Below are positions 44,970 through 58,890 of a DNA stretch of 64,000 nt, in pieces. The translations under genes and the position numbers were made by a program. Below the pieces are notes generated by a model. That model was not told the origin of the DNA. It did no database searches and saw only the letters and a program-made list of their open reading frames with translations. The stretch's first letter is position 1; every line of letters begins with the position of its first letter. The DNA is from the human T2T-CHM13v2.0 reference genome, Homo sapiens: the NCBI RefSeq assembly GCF_009914755.1, contig NC_060932.1. The stretch is one strand, 5' to 3'.

Positions 44970-45900
44970 AAGATCACAATTTCCTTGCAGCTACTCTTAT
45001 ACTTGGACTCTGGGCTGGCTCTGTGACTTACTTTGACCAAGTGACATGACTTCCAAGCTTCTTTTGCTGTCACTCTTTTCGGAATGCTGCTGCCACTGTT
45101 TAAGAAACCCCAGGCATTTTGATAGAGACTCAAAAGGAACCAAGGCATCCCTAACTAATCTCCAGACATGATTGCAGTCACATGCGCAAATGGTTATTTT
45201 AAGCCAGCAAATGTAGGCATTAACAGTTACACAATATACACCTGATACAGAAATTAGCACCAACAGTGAGACTGCTGCCCTAACAAAAACTTAGAACGCA
45301 TGGCACTGCCTCACAAAGGCTATAAGAATAGTGAAGAAAATTGTACTAGCAGAGGCTGGAAAAGTAAAGAAACTGCTACTGAAAGCTGGAAAGATAGGAA
45401 CTTGTGTCTTGTGGTGGCAAAACAAATGGCAAAACTATGAAGTTGTGACTCTGGCTAAGGTTAGTTTCCAGGAAATGTTCAAAGCATCAATTGGCTTATT
45501 TTGGTTCTGTATAGTAAGGCATGGGAAGAGAGAGATGAAACAGAGAAAGAAACTGTTCTGCTGGGTTGGATCCAGTCTCTGCAGCAAGCTGAAAATTCTC
45601 AAAGACAGACAGTTTCAGGGTAAGGAATCAAGCCTGTGGCTGTTAGGCCCTTTGCTATGACTTCAGGTTTAAGTCATAAGCCTAATAGACCTTCTTATGT
45701 AGACAAGGGGTGCTCCTAGGAGTCTTGAGTGTTTTCCCATAGTACACTAGCCTTCCAGAGAGAAGTCTGTGTGAATTACGACTTAACTTTTAGAGAACTT
45801 CTGTCAGTTTTATAGGAAACCCAAAGTTTTTAAGGAAACTATACTTTGCTGAACACATATAAAGATATTTCAAAATGAAAAGGGCCTCAAGGCACCCAAC
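44970..45900 (+). mobile_element. MaLR MLT1 LTR (~44970-45249) plus MLT1 internal sequence
   Basis: CTGGGCTGGCTCTGTGACTTACTTTGACCAA, then TTTTAAGCCA...CTGATACA as LTR end, followed by GAAATTAGCACC...TGCTGCCCTAACAAA as internal start. Confidence 0.65.
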
Positions 45901-46289
45901 TTTGAACAAACAGGAAATAACCAATCTATTGTATCAGTCAACTTCAGAGCATCTGAAGCAAATACCGCACTATTCATTTTCAGCAAATGTATCCCTTTAG
46001 TCCCTTTTTGTTCTTTTGGGCCCATGCATTAAAGTAATGACATTCAGTGATTCAACTATTTTAACCACTAGAAGAAATTAAGGTACACACTGAAATTTTT
46101 CCCCCTAATTGGAAAATCACCGTTAGAAGTCAGAAGTGATCAATTTGACTCCCAGATGAGATTATAATTCTGCAACAGTGGCCAAGTCACTAAAGTCTCT
46201 GAGCCTGTTTTATCTTTAAAATGATTAGGCCAGTAGTAATGTCACAGAAAATAGCAGATTAGGACCCTCAGATAATTGGTCCCTCCACT

Positions 46290-48245
46290 TAAAGTACCTG
46301 ATGCAAAAGTCCTGTACAAAATACTAGCAAATTTGAGTTCAGCAGCATATCAAAAGGATAATATAATGACCAAGTGTGATCTATTCGCAGAATGCAAGGA
46401 TGAGTCAACATACAAAAATCAATTGACATATTACACTAATAGAAAAAAGTCTCATATATTCATCTCAATTTAGGCAGGAAAAGCATTTGACAAAATTCAA
46501 CACTTTTTTTCATGATAGAAAACGACGACAACACTACTCAACAAACTTAAAATAGAAGAAAACATCTTCAACTAAAAGATCATACGTGAAAAACCCAAGC
46601 TATCATCGTACTGTTATGGTGAAAGACTAAAAGCTTTTTCTGTAAGATCAGGAACAAGATAAGGATGTACATTTTCACCATCTCTGTTTGACACACTAGT
46701 GAAATTTTAGCCAGAGAAATAAGGCAAGAAAAAGAAATAAAAGGCATCCAAACCGAAAAGGAAGATGTACAACTATTTGAATTTGTAGATAATCTGAAAA
46801 TCCCAAAGAATACACAACACATATACACACAAATGGTAGAGCTAATAAATTCAGCAAAGTTTCAGAGTACAAGATCAACACACAAAAATCAGTTATGTTT
46901 CTTTACCCAATGAATAATATAAGGAAATTAAGAAAACAATTTCATTCATAATAGCACCAGAAAGAACAAAATACCTAGGAATAAATTTGACCACAGTGGT
47001 AAAAGGCCTCTACATTTAAAACTATAAATTTTGGTGAAAAGAATTAGACACAAGTGGAAAAATACTTTGTGTTCATGGATGGTAGACTTAATATTGTTAA
47101 GACGTCAACATCCCCCCAATGTGAGCCACAGACTGAATGCAATCCCTATCAAAACACCAATGATTTTTTTTCCAAAATGGAAAAATACCAACCCTAAAAT
47201 TCATATTGAATGTGATGGAACCCCTAATAGCCAAAACAATCTTGGGGAAAAAAAAGTTGAATTCATAATTTCAGATTTCAAAATTTATTACAAAGCTACA
47301 GTAATAAAAACACTATCATTCTTTATAATAGTCTCTTCAACTGGTGCTGAGATTACTGGATAGCCACAAGCAAGAGAATGAAGTTGGATCTCTACCTCAC
47401 ATCATACACAAAAATTAACTCAAAATGGATCAACAACCTAAATATGAAAGAGAATACTATAAAACTCTTAGAAGAAAACACATAAGTAAATCTTTATGAC
47501 CTTGGATTTGGCAATGGATTCTTAAGTTGTGACACTAAAAGCACAAGCAAAAAAGGAAAAAACAGGTAACTTGAACTTTATCAAAATTAAAAACTTCTGT
47601 GCATCAAAGATTTAATAAGACAACCTACAAAAGATAAAATACTTCTAAATCACGAGTTTAGCATCCAGAAAATATAAAGAACTCTTACAAATCAATAGTA
47701 AAACAAGACAAACTAAAAAACAGGCCAAGAGCTTGAATAGATATTTCTCCAATGAAGACACACAAATGACCTACAAGCAAGTAACACTCACTAAAATGGG
47801 CATGATTTTTTTTTTTTTTTAAAGAAAACAAGAAGTGATAGCAAGCATATGAAAAAGTTGGAGCCCTCATACATTGCTGGTGGGAGTGTAAAATGGTTCA
47901 GCCACTGTTGGAAACAATTTGGCTGTTCTTCAGAAAGGTAAACATAGTATTACCATACTTTCTAACAATTCTCCTCTTAGGATATACCCAAAAGAATTGA
48001 AAACAGGTACCCGTGTACATACGTGTTTTCATAGCAGCACTAGTAACTACAGCCAAAAGGTAAAAACAACCTAAATGTTCATGAAGAGGTGAATGAATAA
48101 ACAGATTATGGGATATATTTTATAAATATATATATAACATATGATATATATATATGAAATGGAATTTTAGCCATAAAAAATGAAGTATTGATATTGTTCA
48201 TTTTCAAATGACTAACTTTATGTGAATTTCATCTCAATATAAAAA
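46290..48245 (+). mobile_element. L1 (L1MB-like) ORF2 RT/C-terminal remnant and 3' UTR
   Basis: Decayed ORF2 peptides in the ORF track (DAKVLYKILAN; RLNAIPIKTPMIFF; SDFKIYYKATVIKT) and GCAGGAAAAGCATTTGACAAAATTCAACA. Confidence 0.92.
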
Positions 48246-48349
48246 ATGAAACAAAAAGGACTAGGTTAGATGATTTCTAAGATTTCACAAAGGTTTAAAA
48301 TCATAAGTCTATAATTCTTCCTTATTTTCTGGATACAGGGTGGAAGGGG

Positions 48350-49640
48350 TTAAAAATAAAGTTCAGCAGTTTAATGCCCTACTCTTGAATATGAGGAGAC
48401 AAGCCAGGATCATAAGATATTTGAGGAAGACCTCCAACATGAAATAAAGACTAAATGAGAAAAAAAGAACCACGGAAGACAATAGAGAGAATATAAGAAA
48501 AATTTTAAAACACTAATTTGTATCTTCAGAGTTAAAAAAAAACCAAAAAAAGTAACAAAAAAAATAACAAAAAACAGATGCATAGGATTCATGAAAAGGT
48601 GATCAGCAATCTTGGAAGTTAAAGCCATAGTTGTCAACACAAAATTCAATGACATGGCTTAAAAGACACATTGAGCAAACTCCCAGATGACACTAAAATA
48701 TTAGTTAAATAGAATGTAGGAGATAATATAAAAAGACATTTTCTAAAAAAAATTTCCTTAGTGCTACAGGACATACATCTCTAGGTTGAAAGGGTTCTCT
48801 GACTGCCTAGTACCAAGAATGGTTGGGGTTAGGAACTGCAAGACATTATCATCAGACATAATCTATAAAAGAGCACAGATGGAATGGCATTAGATTTCTC
48901 AACACCCTAAATGACAGAAGACAATGTCTGCAAAAAAACGACACTGTTAAACTATCAATCATGAGCCTATTTACAGAGGTTCAGAAAATTTATTACACTA
49001 ATTCCTAGGAAGTCACTTGATCAAAACCTCTAGTAAGAAAGATGAGAGTCCATGAAATGCAGCTTCCTAACAAAAATGTTAAGGAAAGTTTTAGAATATG
49101 AAATAGTCAGCTTAAAGAGCAACCAGATGTTTGAAACAGAACAGTTCCAAAATGGAGGTCTGAGAAAAGTGGCTTGATAGACTAAAATATGAAGCAGCAT
49201 CTGCATCTGAAAATACTGAAGCTATGATAACTACAAGATAACAGCACAATAAGAAAAAAAAATCTTCAAATAAAAATTTGTGGGCTGTACAAGAAAATGT
49301 AATCATCGTTCAGGACCTAGCTTAGCAGGTAACAGTTAAGTCTTCATAATGCAAATCTTAATGAACAAACTAGAACGTAATAAAGTATATAGGAAAGAGA
49401 GAAAGAACTACATCTTATATGAGAAAGTCAATTAAAAATGTACATGGGTTTATCAAAATGTCAGTATAGCTATATAATTTGGCACTCCATATACAAATGT
49501 CTTTACAATTAAAAGTAATCGCCTCTAGGTGGCAAAATTTGGGAAATAGGACAGGGATCTTGGGGTGTATTATTTTTTGGAAAGGATGTGCATGTGTTTG
49601 TACCTTGACAATTTTAAAAAAACAATAAAAATGACCGTTC
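48350..49640 (+). mobile_element. Highly degraded old L1 (L1ME-like) fragments
   Basis: A-rich sequence with ORF1-like motifs (GGCATTAGATTTCTCAACA..AGAAGACAATG). Confidence 0.45.
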
Positions 49641-49839
49641 ATATGATTTTTGTTCATTTTGTTCTTAGTATATCCACTCACCTTTGCCAAAATAAATCAA
49701 TCTATGTAATTCATGTGTGCTTAAAGTTTACTTGCAGTAAAATGTGATTTAAATCTTCACTTACATAATAAAGGGATCTACATTTCTATGCAAGTCTGAA
49801 TAGTACCTTACAGGTTTGATTGTATTACATAAACAAATC

Positions 49840-50065
49840 TTTATAATAGCTAACACACGTTGAGTGCTTAGCATATGCCTGAAATTGTTCAAAGCACTTT
49901 ACACTTATATTTCTCATTTAATCTGCAAAATAACCCTCTGAGGCAGGTCCTATTATTACCCCATTTTAGACATGAGAAAACTGAGGTTCAGAGTTTATGG
50001 AACTCACCTAAAATTAAAGTTATATCTAGAACTGGAAGTGAGGTATCCTAATGCCAAAGATTAGG
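49840..50065 (-). mobile_element. MIR
   Basis: ATAACCCTCTGAGGCAGGTCCTATTATTACCCCATTTTAGACATGAGAAAACTGAGGTTCAGAG. Confidence 0.85.
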
Positions 50066-50489
50066 GTACACCACCTCTATCCAAAGCTAATAACTCAGTT
50101 GATGAGTTTAGATTCCCAAGTTTCATTTCTCTTCAACTTTTTAACTAAGAAAAGTATTTCGTTTTTTGTGCTTTATAAACATACATGTGGAACAATGACA
50201 AGACAGACACAAAACAGCATATAAGGAAACTATAGGCAACAATCTTCAACAATATTCAGCAATATTAATAAGATAATGATTTGATTTGATATCATGTGTC
50301 ACAAAAATTCCACAGCACAATGACCACATACGAAATTTGAAGGGTACCAATTAAGTCAAAATGGCCTACCTACCTGGCAGATTTATTTACACCTAACCAG
50401 ATCTGCTTAACAAAATCACCCTCTATATAAAGTTATTGCTTTAACAGTCTTTGCATAAAGATGTCATGGAAAGATTAAATAGAAACATG

Positions 50490-51813
50490 TGAAATCATTT
50501 GTTCATTTATTCATTAACTTGTCAAATTCAGTTTTCTATACACTATGATGTTTATTCCATTTTGTACTATTAGATATACATATTTAAAAAAATATTTAAC
50601 TTATTTTTATGAAGAAATTAAATATTTTCTGAAAAAGAATTATTTTATTATTGTTCTCTAGCAACAAACCTCAAACAATTCTCATCCAACTCAACTAACT
50701 CATTTAAATAACTTTGCTCAATGGCAACTTCTCTAAAGATCTAGTTTACACAATTCTATTCTACATAACACTGTTTACCCTGTTACATAGTATATAGTTA
50801 AAGAACATTTTTGTAATAAACATGTTTCTCTTTGATATGATACATAACAATATTTTCACACTTCCCAGCAATCACTCAAATATATTAAAAATGTATCCTT
50901 CTTTAAAAGGCACACACATTTACAGGTTCAAATCTTTATTGTTTTAAAATTGTACAGTTCTTTTACAATACAATATTTTGTTATTTAAATGACCTCTAAA
51001 TGGTTAATGTGCAATGAATATCTTTTGTTCTGAAACTCAACCATGAATTACGATTTCATCAATATGATTATTCTAGAGTCATAAAGATGTTGGGAAGGTT
51101 TGAGTCTGCATTTGAAATGGTTAGTAGCACAGACTCTTCCCTTTAGAACCCAGATGACCAATCCACTGAAAGTGCTTTTGAAGATTGCTGATTACTTATG
51201 GCTGATCTTAAAATCAGTCAATCAAATTACAGTTCCTTTTTTTTTTTGAAACATCAAAGGGCATTTAAAAAAACTGAAACAATTTGCTTTAGTATCTACT
51301 GAGGCAAACTCAAAATGATTATCAGCATGCAATAACACTCCTCTTTATTTTAAATAGTTCTGAATAATTTATACATTTTATAAAGAATGTGTTAAAGAGT
51401 GCAAGTATTCTGATACTGATTTCACAAAAGGACAAATGCTGGTAATAATAACATTTAACATCTAAGTTCAAGCTAGTGTATATTTAACAGGCAATTAATA
51501 TGGCTCATCATAAGCCACAATGCACAAGGTATGCCCTTTGAGAAAATGAAGTAGTTTGGTCCGCATTTCTAGAGTTGTCTGGGTAAAAAAAAAAACCAAA
51601 AAACAAAAACCATTTTAATTCAGCCAAGGATTCTGATGAATTTATTATTCCTAAAATGAAGCCAGTTAAAAAGTAAACGATGTACACCAGTGAAGTATAT
51701 TGTCACGCTGACTTTTGCATAAAAAGATGGCCTGCTGTTTTTGGAGTGATGAATGAGCACTGCAGGACAAATCAGAAAAAAATGTCATAGAATGTATTAA
51801 TTTTGTCCATAAG
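50490..51813 (-). other. RB1CC1: RB1CC1 3' UTR (~1.3 kb, end approximate)
   Basis: AU-rich sequence without recognisable interspersed repeats after the stop; minus-strand AATAAA at 50935-50940, 50551-50556 and 50506-50511. Confidence 0.75.
50506..50511 (-). terminator. Candidate distal polyadenylation signal of RB1CC1
   Basis: TTTATT on plus is AATAAA on minus, followed by U/GU-rich sequence on the minus strand; consistent with a recalled UTR length of ~1.3 kb. Confidence 0.6.
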
Positions 51814-51891
51814 TTATACTTTCTTATTCCATGATACGGCTTTCACTCTGTAAAACTTTGTCCCCAAAGGAACTTTAAATCTGTTTTGTGC
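51814..51891 (-). CDS. RB1CC1: RB1CC1 last coding exon (AQNRFKVPLGTKFYRVKAVSWNKKV*)
   Basis: Acceptor ttccctcttag|GCA, 78 nt, TAA at 51814-51816. Confidence 0.98.
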   Translation of the reverse strand, partial: AQNRFKVPLGTKFYRVKAVSWNKKV

Positions 51892-51937
51892 CTAAGAGGG
51901 AAAGAAAAAATGGAATCACTAGAGTGATTAAACCACA

Positions 51938-51968
<31 letters not shown>

Positions 51969-52748
51969 CAAAAAACAAAAAGAAACAAAAAAATAAATAA
52001 ACCACATCACACAAGTACCCTCCTATCATATTACTCATTGCTGAGTATTGAGGGGTTGGAGGGATGTGGGGGTCTTTATCAAACTATGTAAGATCTACCC
52101 CTCACGAACAGGGAATATATTGAGTGAATAGGAAAGACAAAGTTGGTAGCCACTGCTAAAGAATATAATACAAAGTGGGCCATACATCATTGTTTTAAGT
52201 ATCAAAGAAACCTCAATACTATATGGTTCAAGTTCTATTCGTATTTTGTACATTGAGGCCCCAAATTATAGTGAGTCAGGAAGAATGCTCAGAAGACTTC
52301 ACTGACTCTAGAGCACTGATATTGTTATACAATCAGTCCATTTGTTAAGCCACCAAATACTTTACACTACCTTTCTTCAATGGGGGCAGAGTATGAAAAT
52401 AATAAAAGATCAACTGTATTTATAAATAAAATTCCCTTTTTGTCTCTAGTTATGCAGGGATTTTTTTTCTTGCAAATTAGTTACACTAGTAACCTAACAG
52501 TCATAGAACACAGACTTCGTAGTAGTTTTCCATTATATGTTGATAGCTTGTAGTTAATCTATCTCTACTATCTAAGGGCAGCATGAATACTTATAAATTG
52601 CCAGTTCAAACTCACTCTCATTAAATTCAAGCTCTAACTGAAATGAGCATAAAGGCCAAGAACAGCAGTGGTAATGATTTCTATATAAAGCAGTATTAAA
52701 ATCTTCTTTACAGTTCCCAGGCTTAGTATCACATGATGTCGTTTTTAC

Positions 52749-52819
52749 CTTTTTGGCTTGACAGTATTCTTTTTCCATTACTTTTCCAAGTACCCAGGGT
52801 CTTCTAGATGCACCTGAAG
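52749..52819 (-). CDS. RB1CC1: RB1CC1 penultimate exon (ASGASRRPWVLGKVMEKEYCQAKK)
   Basis: ttcattag|CTTCAG...AAG|gtaaaa, 71 nt, phase 1 to 0. Confidence 0.97.
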
Positions 52820-53555
52820 CTAATGAAATTAAATAGTTAATCTCTTTTTGAAAGTATGATTATAATTATTCATGGAAACATAACTGCCAGAATTAAAACA
52901 GACTAAAAAAGCTCTCATGAGTGGAAGAATATGTAAGACTTTAAAAACTACCGAAATCACTGAAATGCTTAACAATTTACAAAACTAAATTCATGTTACT
53001 TTTCAACCAGTAATGTGTGCGTAGCTCTTGTTACTCATTAAATATACATGATATGTCAAATCACAGAAATAACAGTTCAGGAAACACTAATAATCTAAAT
53101 ACAAATCATGAACAAATATGTAGGAATTCTAGGCTAACTCAGTAGTGCCATCTATTGAAAGAACTAATAAAGATGACCTTTCCCATTTCTTTAAGCAAAC
53201 AAAATGTATAGGTTCAAAGCAAAACACTCATTTTTGATGGGCAGTATTTTTAATACAAGTTCTCAAAGGCAGCAAGTGAACAGTTCTCACATCTGTATGC
53301 CACAGTGCTTGGCACAGCAGTGTGTATACAGTTGGTACTCAATAAATTAATAAGGGCTAAGAACCAAAAAATTCTAGAAGGGCAGTACTTGTGTGAATGA
53401 AGGAAAGCTGAAAAATGTGAGAGAAGACAGGATAATCCTAGTCCTCATAAAGCCAAAATGTGACAAGCCAAGTGGTACCCATTCTCTTTTTAAATTCATC
53501 AGAAAAGAAGCTGTCTTATTAAAGTTGACTTCAAAAGTATTCAGGCAATAAACTA

Positions 53556-53896
53556 CAGATGCCTTTCAACTTATGATAAGGTTATGTCCAGATTAAACCC
53601 ATCCTATATTGAAAATATCTAAGTTGAAAATGCATTTAATACTTCTAATCTACCATACACCATAGCTTAGCCTAGTCTCAGAACATTTACATTAGCCTTC
53701 AGTTGGGCAAAATCATCTAACAAAAAGCATATTTTAAAGTGTTGAATGTCTCATGTAATTTATTGAATACTAAAAGTGAAAAACAGAATGGTTGTGTGGA
53801 TACCGAAAGTAGGGTTTCTATGAATGTGTATCACTTTCACACCATGGTAAAGTCAAAAAGTTTTAAGTAGAACTACCATAAGTTGGGAACTGTCTG
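53556..53896. mobile_element. MER47A (Tigger-family DNA element)
   Basis: CAGATGCCTTTCAACTTATGA...CATAAGTTGGGAACTGTCTG inverted termini with TA target duplication. Confidence 0.85.
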
Positions 53897-54859
53897 TATT
53901 GTGTTTAGGCTAAAGCCTTTGAAAGAAGGCATACGGATTTTTATTCCATACAAATAATTTGGGAAGATATACACGAAAGATATCCCAAATAAATAATCAG
54001 AAATGAACCTGAAGAATACGATCACATGACAGAAACAGAAAAGCCCCTGGACAATAGGATGTGGTGAATTCTCTGAAGAGCAAACTAGCACTTCACAGCC
54101 AATTACTAACATCCAAAAAGAATCATCTAAAAATAAATGCTTGTATGATGCCAGAAGAGTAATGAGCCCCACTAACAAAAGGCATAAAAACACTCTGGTA
54201 ATCCGCACTCTCCCAAGGCAACAACACAGGGGTAGCATGATCCCAACTGGCATTCCTCAAAGGAAAAAAGGAACGGGGGTTTATTAATGGTTAAGTAAGA
54301 CTGCTAAATAAATAAATTCTTTTCTGCAGTACTTGTGAAAGCCTTTAAAATGGCAGTGTGCATTTTTAAAAAAGTTTTTTAATGTTTCCCAGATTTAAAC
54401 ACTGAAGTCTTCAAAATGAACATGGAAATGTTGAAAGGTAATGGGCTAAGATGTAACTTATCATCATACGGTTCTGGGGGAAAAAAGTGTGCACACATTT
54501 GTGTATATTTATATCTTAGATACATACACATAAAAAGATATTGCAAGTGGGGTAAAATGTTAACAGATGAATCTGGGTAAAGAAATATAGGTTTTCTTTG
54601 TACTATATTAATCTTTGCGACGTTTTCTAAGTTTAAAAATCATATTCAAATAAAAGGTTTAAACAACTGAAAAACAAAAAACCCCATAAAAGACAAAAGA
54701 AATATCAGGTTCATTATTTTCAAGGTAAAAAGTACTAAGTAAAAATAGTAAGTTATAAGCTATCTTCTCATTTTTCATGGTTACATGATTACTGTTTCAT
54801 GGATACTCTAAACAGCCAACCACAAATAGCCATGATGGAGTTGTCATGGGAAAGTGGCC

Positions 54860-55460
<601 letters not shown>

Positions 55461-56062
55461 CTAAATGGACTTACTTCGTTTTAGTGTTAAAAATAATTCT
55501 ACTTAGGCTAAGTACACCAGGATATCTATTCTGTTCTTTTTTAGTATTTTAAAAATCAAATAGATAATAGACATTGTTACTTAGTATATTTTAACAAAGC
55601 TTATTTCCTTTTTAAAAAAATAAGTGTATAGAACAGTATAATGATAAACAAGGTAGGAACATAGGATGATATAGGATAGACTAGACATTTTATAATTTAA
55701 GAAAGTTTTTTTTGCCAAAAAATAATGCTTTTATATAAACAAATAAGCATACATTAATTTTGAATAGTCTGTACATGAGAACTTTGACAATATAATTATC
55801 CAACTGCTAGGGTTATGAGATGTCCGAATCACTGCACATTCTGATCAACTGGTCCCTTGTATAAGCTACACTCCTTAATTCTGAATTGTAAATGGAATCC
55901 ATGAAAATAATCTAGATAATACAGATTTTATAAAAAAGCAGATTACACAGGGTTCCCTCTTAGTGACTTAATTCTTATGTAATTAAACAGGGAAAAAAAA
56001 ATCTTTACTTATATAATTTCCTCCATTCCAGGTTTATATTTTAGTCATGGAATGACACTTAC

Positions 56063-56199
56063 CACCCTCACCTGGTTTGAGATCCAGGGCAGGTAGAGAC
56101 TCTGAATGTAGAAAATATAAAGTAGGACTAACAGTAAATAACACATAATTGTCATGGCGTTCGTCTAGGATGATGAGTACCAAATCTCCCACCTGAAAA
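56063..56199 (-). CDS. RB1CC1: RB1CC1 exon (DFQVGDLVLIILDERHDNYVLFTVSPTLYFLHSESLPALDLKPGEG), Claw domain
   Basis: tttattcag|TTTTCAG...GGTG|gtaagt, 137 nt, phase 2 to 1; alternative donor 9 nt upstream (exon end 56072). Confidence 0.97.
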
Positions 56200-57465
56200 C
56201 TGAATAAAGAAATGCAATTTTATTGACTTAGAGTTACTTTCAATCCCCCTATTCTGAAAACTTAGCATATATACTTAATGCTCAACTACATATTAAGATA
56301 TTAATGCAATATTAAATTTCACATTTACATGATACTCTTTTTGCATTCTGCCCAGGTCCTAATGGGACTGCTGGTCATGCACAGATATTCAAAGGATGAT
56401 GTCAGGGGCTGTCAAAAACCAAAAATTTCTTTAATAAAGTTTCCATTATCTAACGTTAAGGAACTGGATGAAAAGCAGAAAAAGCACCCATTACAGTTTA
56501 TCCAGTCATAGCAAGATTTTTTTCTCCTAATCTTTCATTTCACACCAAAAATTCAGAGAGACATCTCATATACAGTCACAGTGTCAAAGAAAAATTAGAT
56601 CTTGTCTCCAAGCGTAGTGCTCTTCAATTTACAAGAAAAAGCAACTGAGCTAGGTCCAGAAGTCAGGTGCTTAATTAGGTCTAAACAAGTCAACAGATAT
56701 TACTATTTTGGGGTATAAGCCCGAAAGAAGACAGGGAAAGAGAGAAGTGGGTACAACCAATTACATGCTTAAGTGGTGTTTGTCTCTTTACAGCCTTTTT
56801 CAGAACTGTTGTTCAAAACATCAAAAGGCCTTGAAAATCAATCTCATATTTTTCAGTTGTCAAGATCATTTAAATTGGTAGATCCTATACCTAATAAATC
56901 ATCAAAATCAGCTGGGGAAACTTTTAATGTCTTTTATTTATTAAGTTACCCTACAAATACTTAGTGATTACCTAACAACCATGTGGCAGGCACTGTTTTG
57001 GCTAAATGCCAAAAGCTAATAACTTAAAATGGGGAGATGGGAAATGGGGCCTCTATGAGGCAGTATTTTTGGAGCTCCTCTCTCTCTAGTCTCTGAAAGA
57101 ACATTAATGAACGGCCCATTGACATGACATACAGCTGGTAAAGACAGATACCACTAAGCCCTTTCAAATCACTGAGAGAAGCTGAAATTTTAATGAGACA
57201 TGAAAAGTCAGAATCACAGATATCTGACAACCAAAAATGTGGTCAACAAATTTAGAAATTTAGAAATAAAATACAAGAAGTTAAATAAAGGGTCTTAACT
57301 TTCACAACCTTCCTGTCAGGATAAAAGGCTGAACACTATTCATAAGTTGCTAACAATGCTTTTATTATTCCAGAGCTCCATTTAAATAACCAAAGCTAAA
57401 GAAAAATTTTAACTATGGGGTAATACAGTGCAGGAAAATTATTAAACCATTCAATTGATAAATTC

Positions 57466-58085
57466 TGTAAACCAAAAATAAAATTTGAAGCCCCCCCAAC
57501 CAACCATCTGAATGAACTTCCTCCTCTAGGCCAGTGCCCTATAAATTTAACCTGAAAGACCGGTTCAGGCCATGACAAAAGGCAGGGGTTGGACTTGCCT
57601 CATCATGTCCTCTTCCCTCTTAGAATTCAGGAAAAGTCAACAAGAATTTAACACTAACACAGAGGTTAAGCCTGATAAGAAACATTTACAAACTATTATC
57701 TGTCAAGCCTGCTACCTGGAGGCTTCATCTGCATGACAAAACTTTGGTCTCCACAACCTCTTATCTTAACCTAGACATTCCTTTCTACTGACAGCTCTTT
57801 CAACCAACTGCCAATCAGAAAACTTTAAAAATCTACCTATACTTTGGAAGCTACCCTCCCAGCTTTCATTTGTCCCACCTTTCTGGACCAAACCAACTTG
57901 TATCTTCAATGTCTCATGTCTCCCTAAAATGTATGAAACCAAGTTTCCCCCTCACCGTCATCCAATCACCTTGGGCACATGTTCTCAGGGGCTCCTGAGG
58001 GCTGTGTCACAGGCCATGGTCACTCATATTTGGCTCAGAATAAATATCTTCAAATATTTTACAGAGTTTGACTTTTTCATTGACA
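57466..58085 (+). mobile_element. Solo MER4-family LTR (MER4B/D/E-like), intronic, antisense to RB1CC1
   Basis: TGTAAACCAAAAATAAAATTTGAAGCCCCCC...TTTCATTGACA; AATAAA near 58038; flanks ATTC/ATTT. Confidence 0.85.
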
Positions 58086-58500
58086 ATTTGTTTATTATGA
58101 ATTTGTAGAATATTAATAAAATGAAATCTAAAAACTAAAAATGAGGAAACACTGCAACTTAAAAACAAATCAAAACTCTCCAATATAGATTAACAAGACT
58201 AAGGAGATAAATGGGATTTAAAAGAGGTAGCACATGCTGAAAAGTTAACTGGAGGAAAAGGCTTCAAGGATATTTATGTTAATCATAATGCTATAACTGG
58301 AAAGTTTTGGCAATCTAAATGTTTCCAGAATAACAATTTAGAAAAATCCTGCTTTCCAGTAAAAAACTTTTACTACTACTGAGTGCAAAACACTCAGCTC
58401 AATGAACCTGGACCTGAATTACTGTCACTGAAATACATTTTCATTAACAATTCAGTGAATGTTTTTCACAGAAAAATACTCACAAAACTAAAATACTTAC

Positions 58501-58559
58501 TCTCTAATAGCTATCTTTTCAGAATGCCTTGAAGATACTGAAGACATGCTCTGAGACAT
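58501..58559 (-). CDS. RB1CC1: RB1CC1 exon (MSQSMSSVSSRHSEKIAIR)
   Basis: (T)15ag|ATG...AGAGA|gtaagt, 59 nt, phase 0 to 2. Confidence 0.97.
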
Positions 58560-58890
58560 CTAAAAAAAAAAAAAAAGTTTATGAACTTACACAATTTGAG
58601 TACCACATGCATTCTTACTGCAAAAATTTCACCCACTGTTATACACATTCAAGCCTGTGTCCAGCTTTAAAGAGCCCAAACTAATATAGTTCTTATGTTC
58701 ATTAATAATTCCTTTATTTCAACCATTAGTAAATTTGGTTAGATTAAAAACTGATTTTTGAATCACATTTTATTTATATTACATATTTAATCTTAAAAAT
58801 AAAACACAGAGAAAAGGACAGATTTTTCAAGAAGACTTTGAAAATTCTAATGCATTAGATTCAAAATCTTTCATTTTGGAAAAACAACAA

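Noticed and set aside
46276-47363. L1 ORF2-like peptides as an active retrotransposon
   Set aside because: Fragmented by stops, frameshifts and deletions, with no 5' UTR/ORF1 in register.
52572-52778. 68 aa ORF MEKEYCQAKKVK... as a separate gene
   Set aside because: It is the end of an RB1CC1 exon read through into the intron.
56192-56199. Alternative AG acceptor 7 nt inside the 137 nt exon (cag|TTTTCAG|GTG)
   Set aside because: It would shift the frame, so it is at most unproductive splicing noise; no support from sequence alone.
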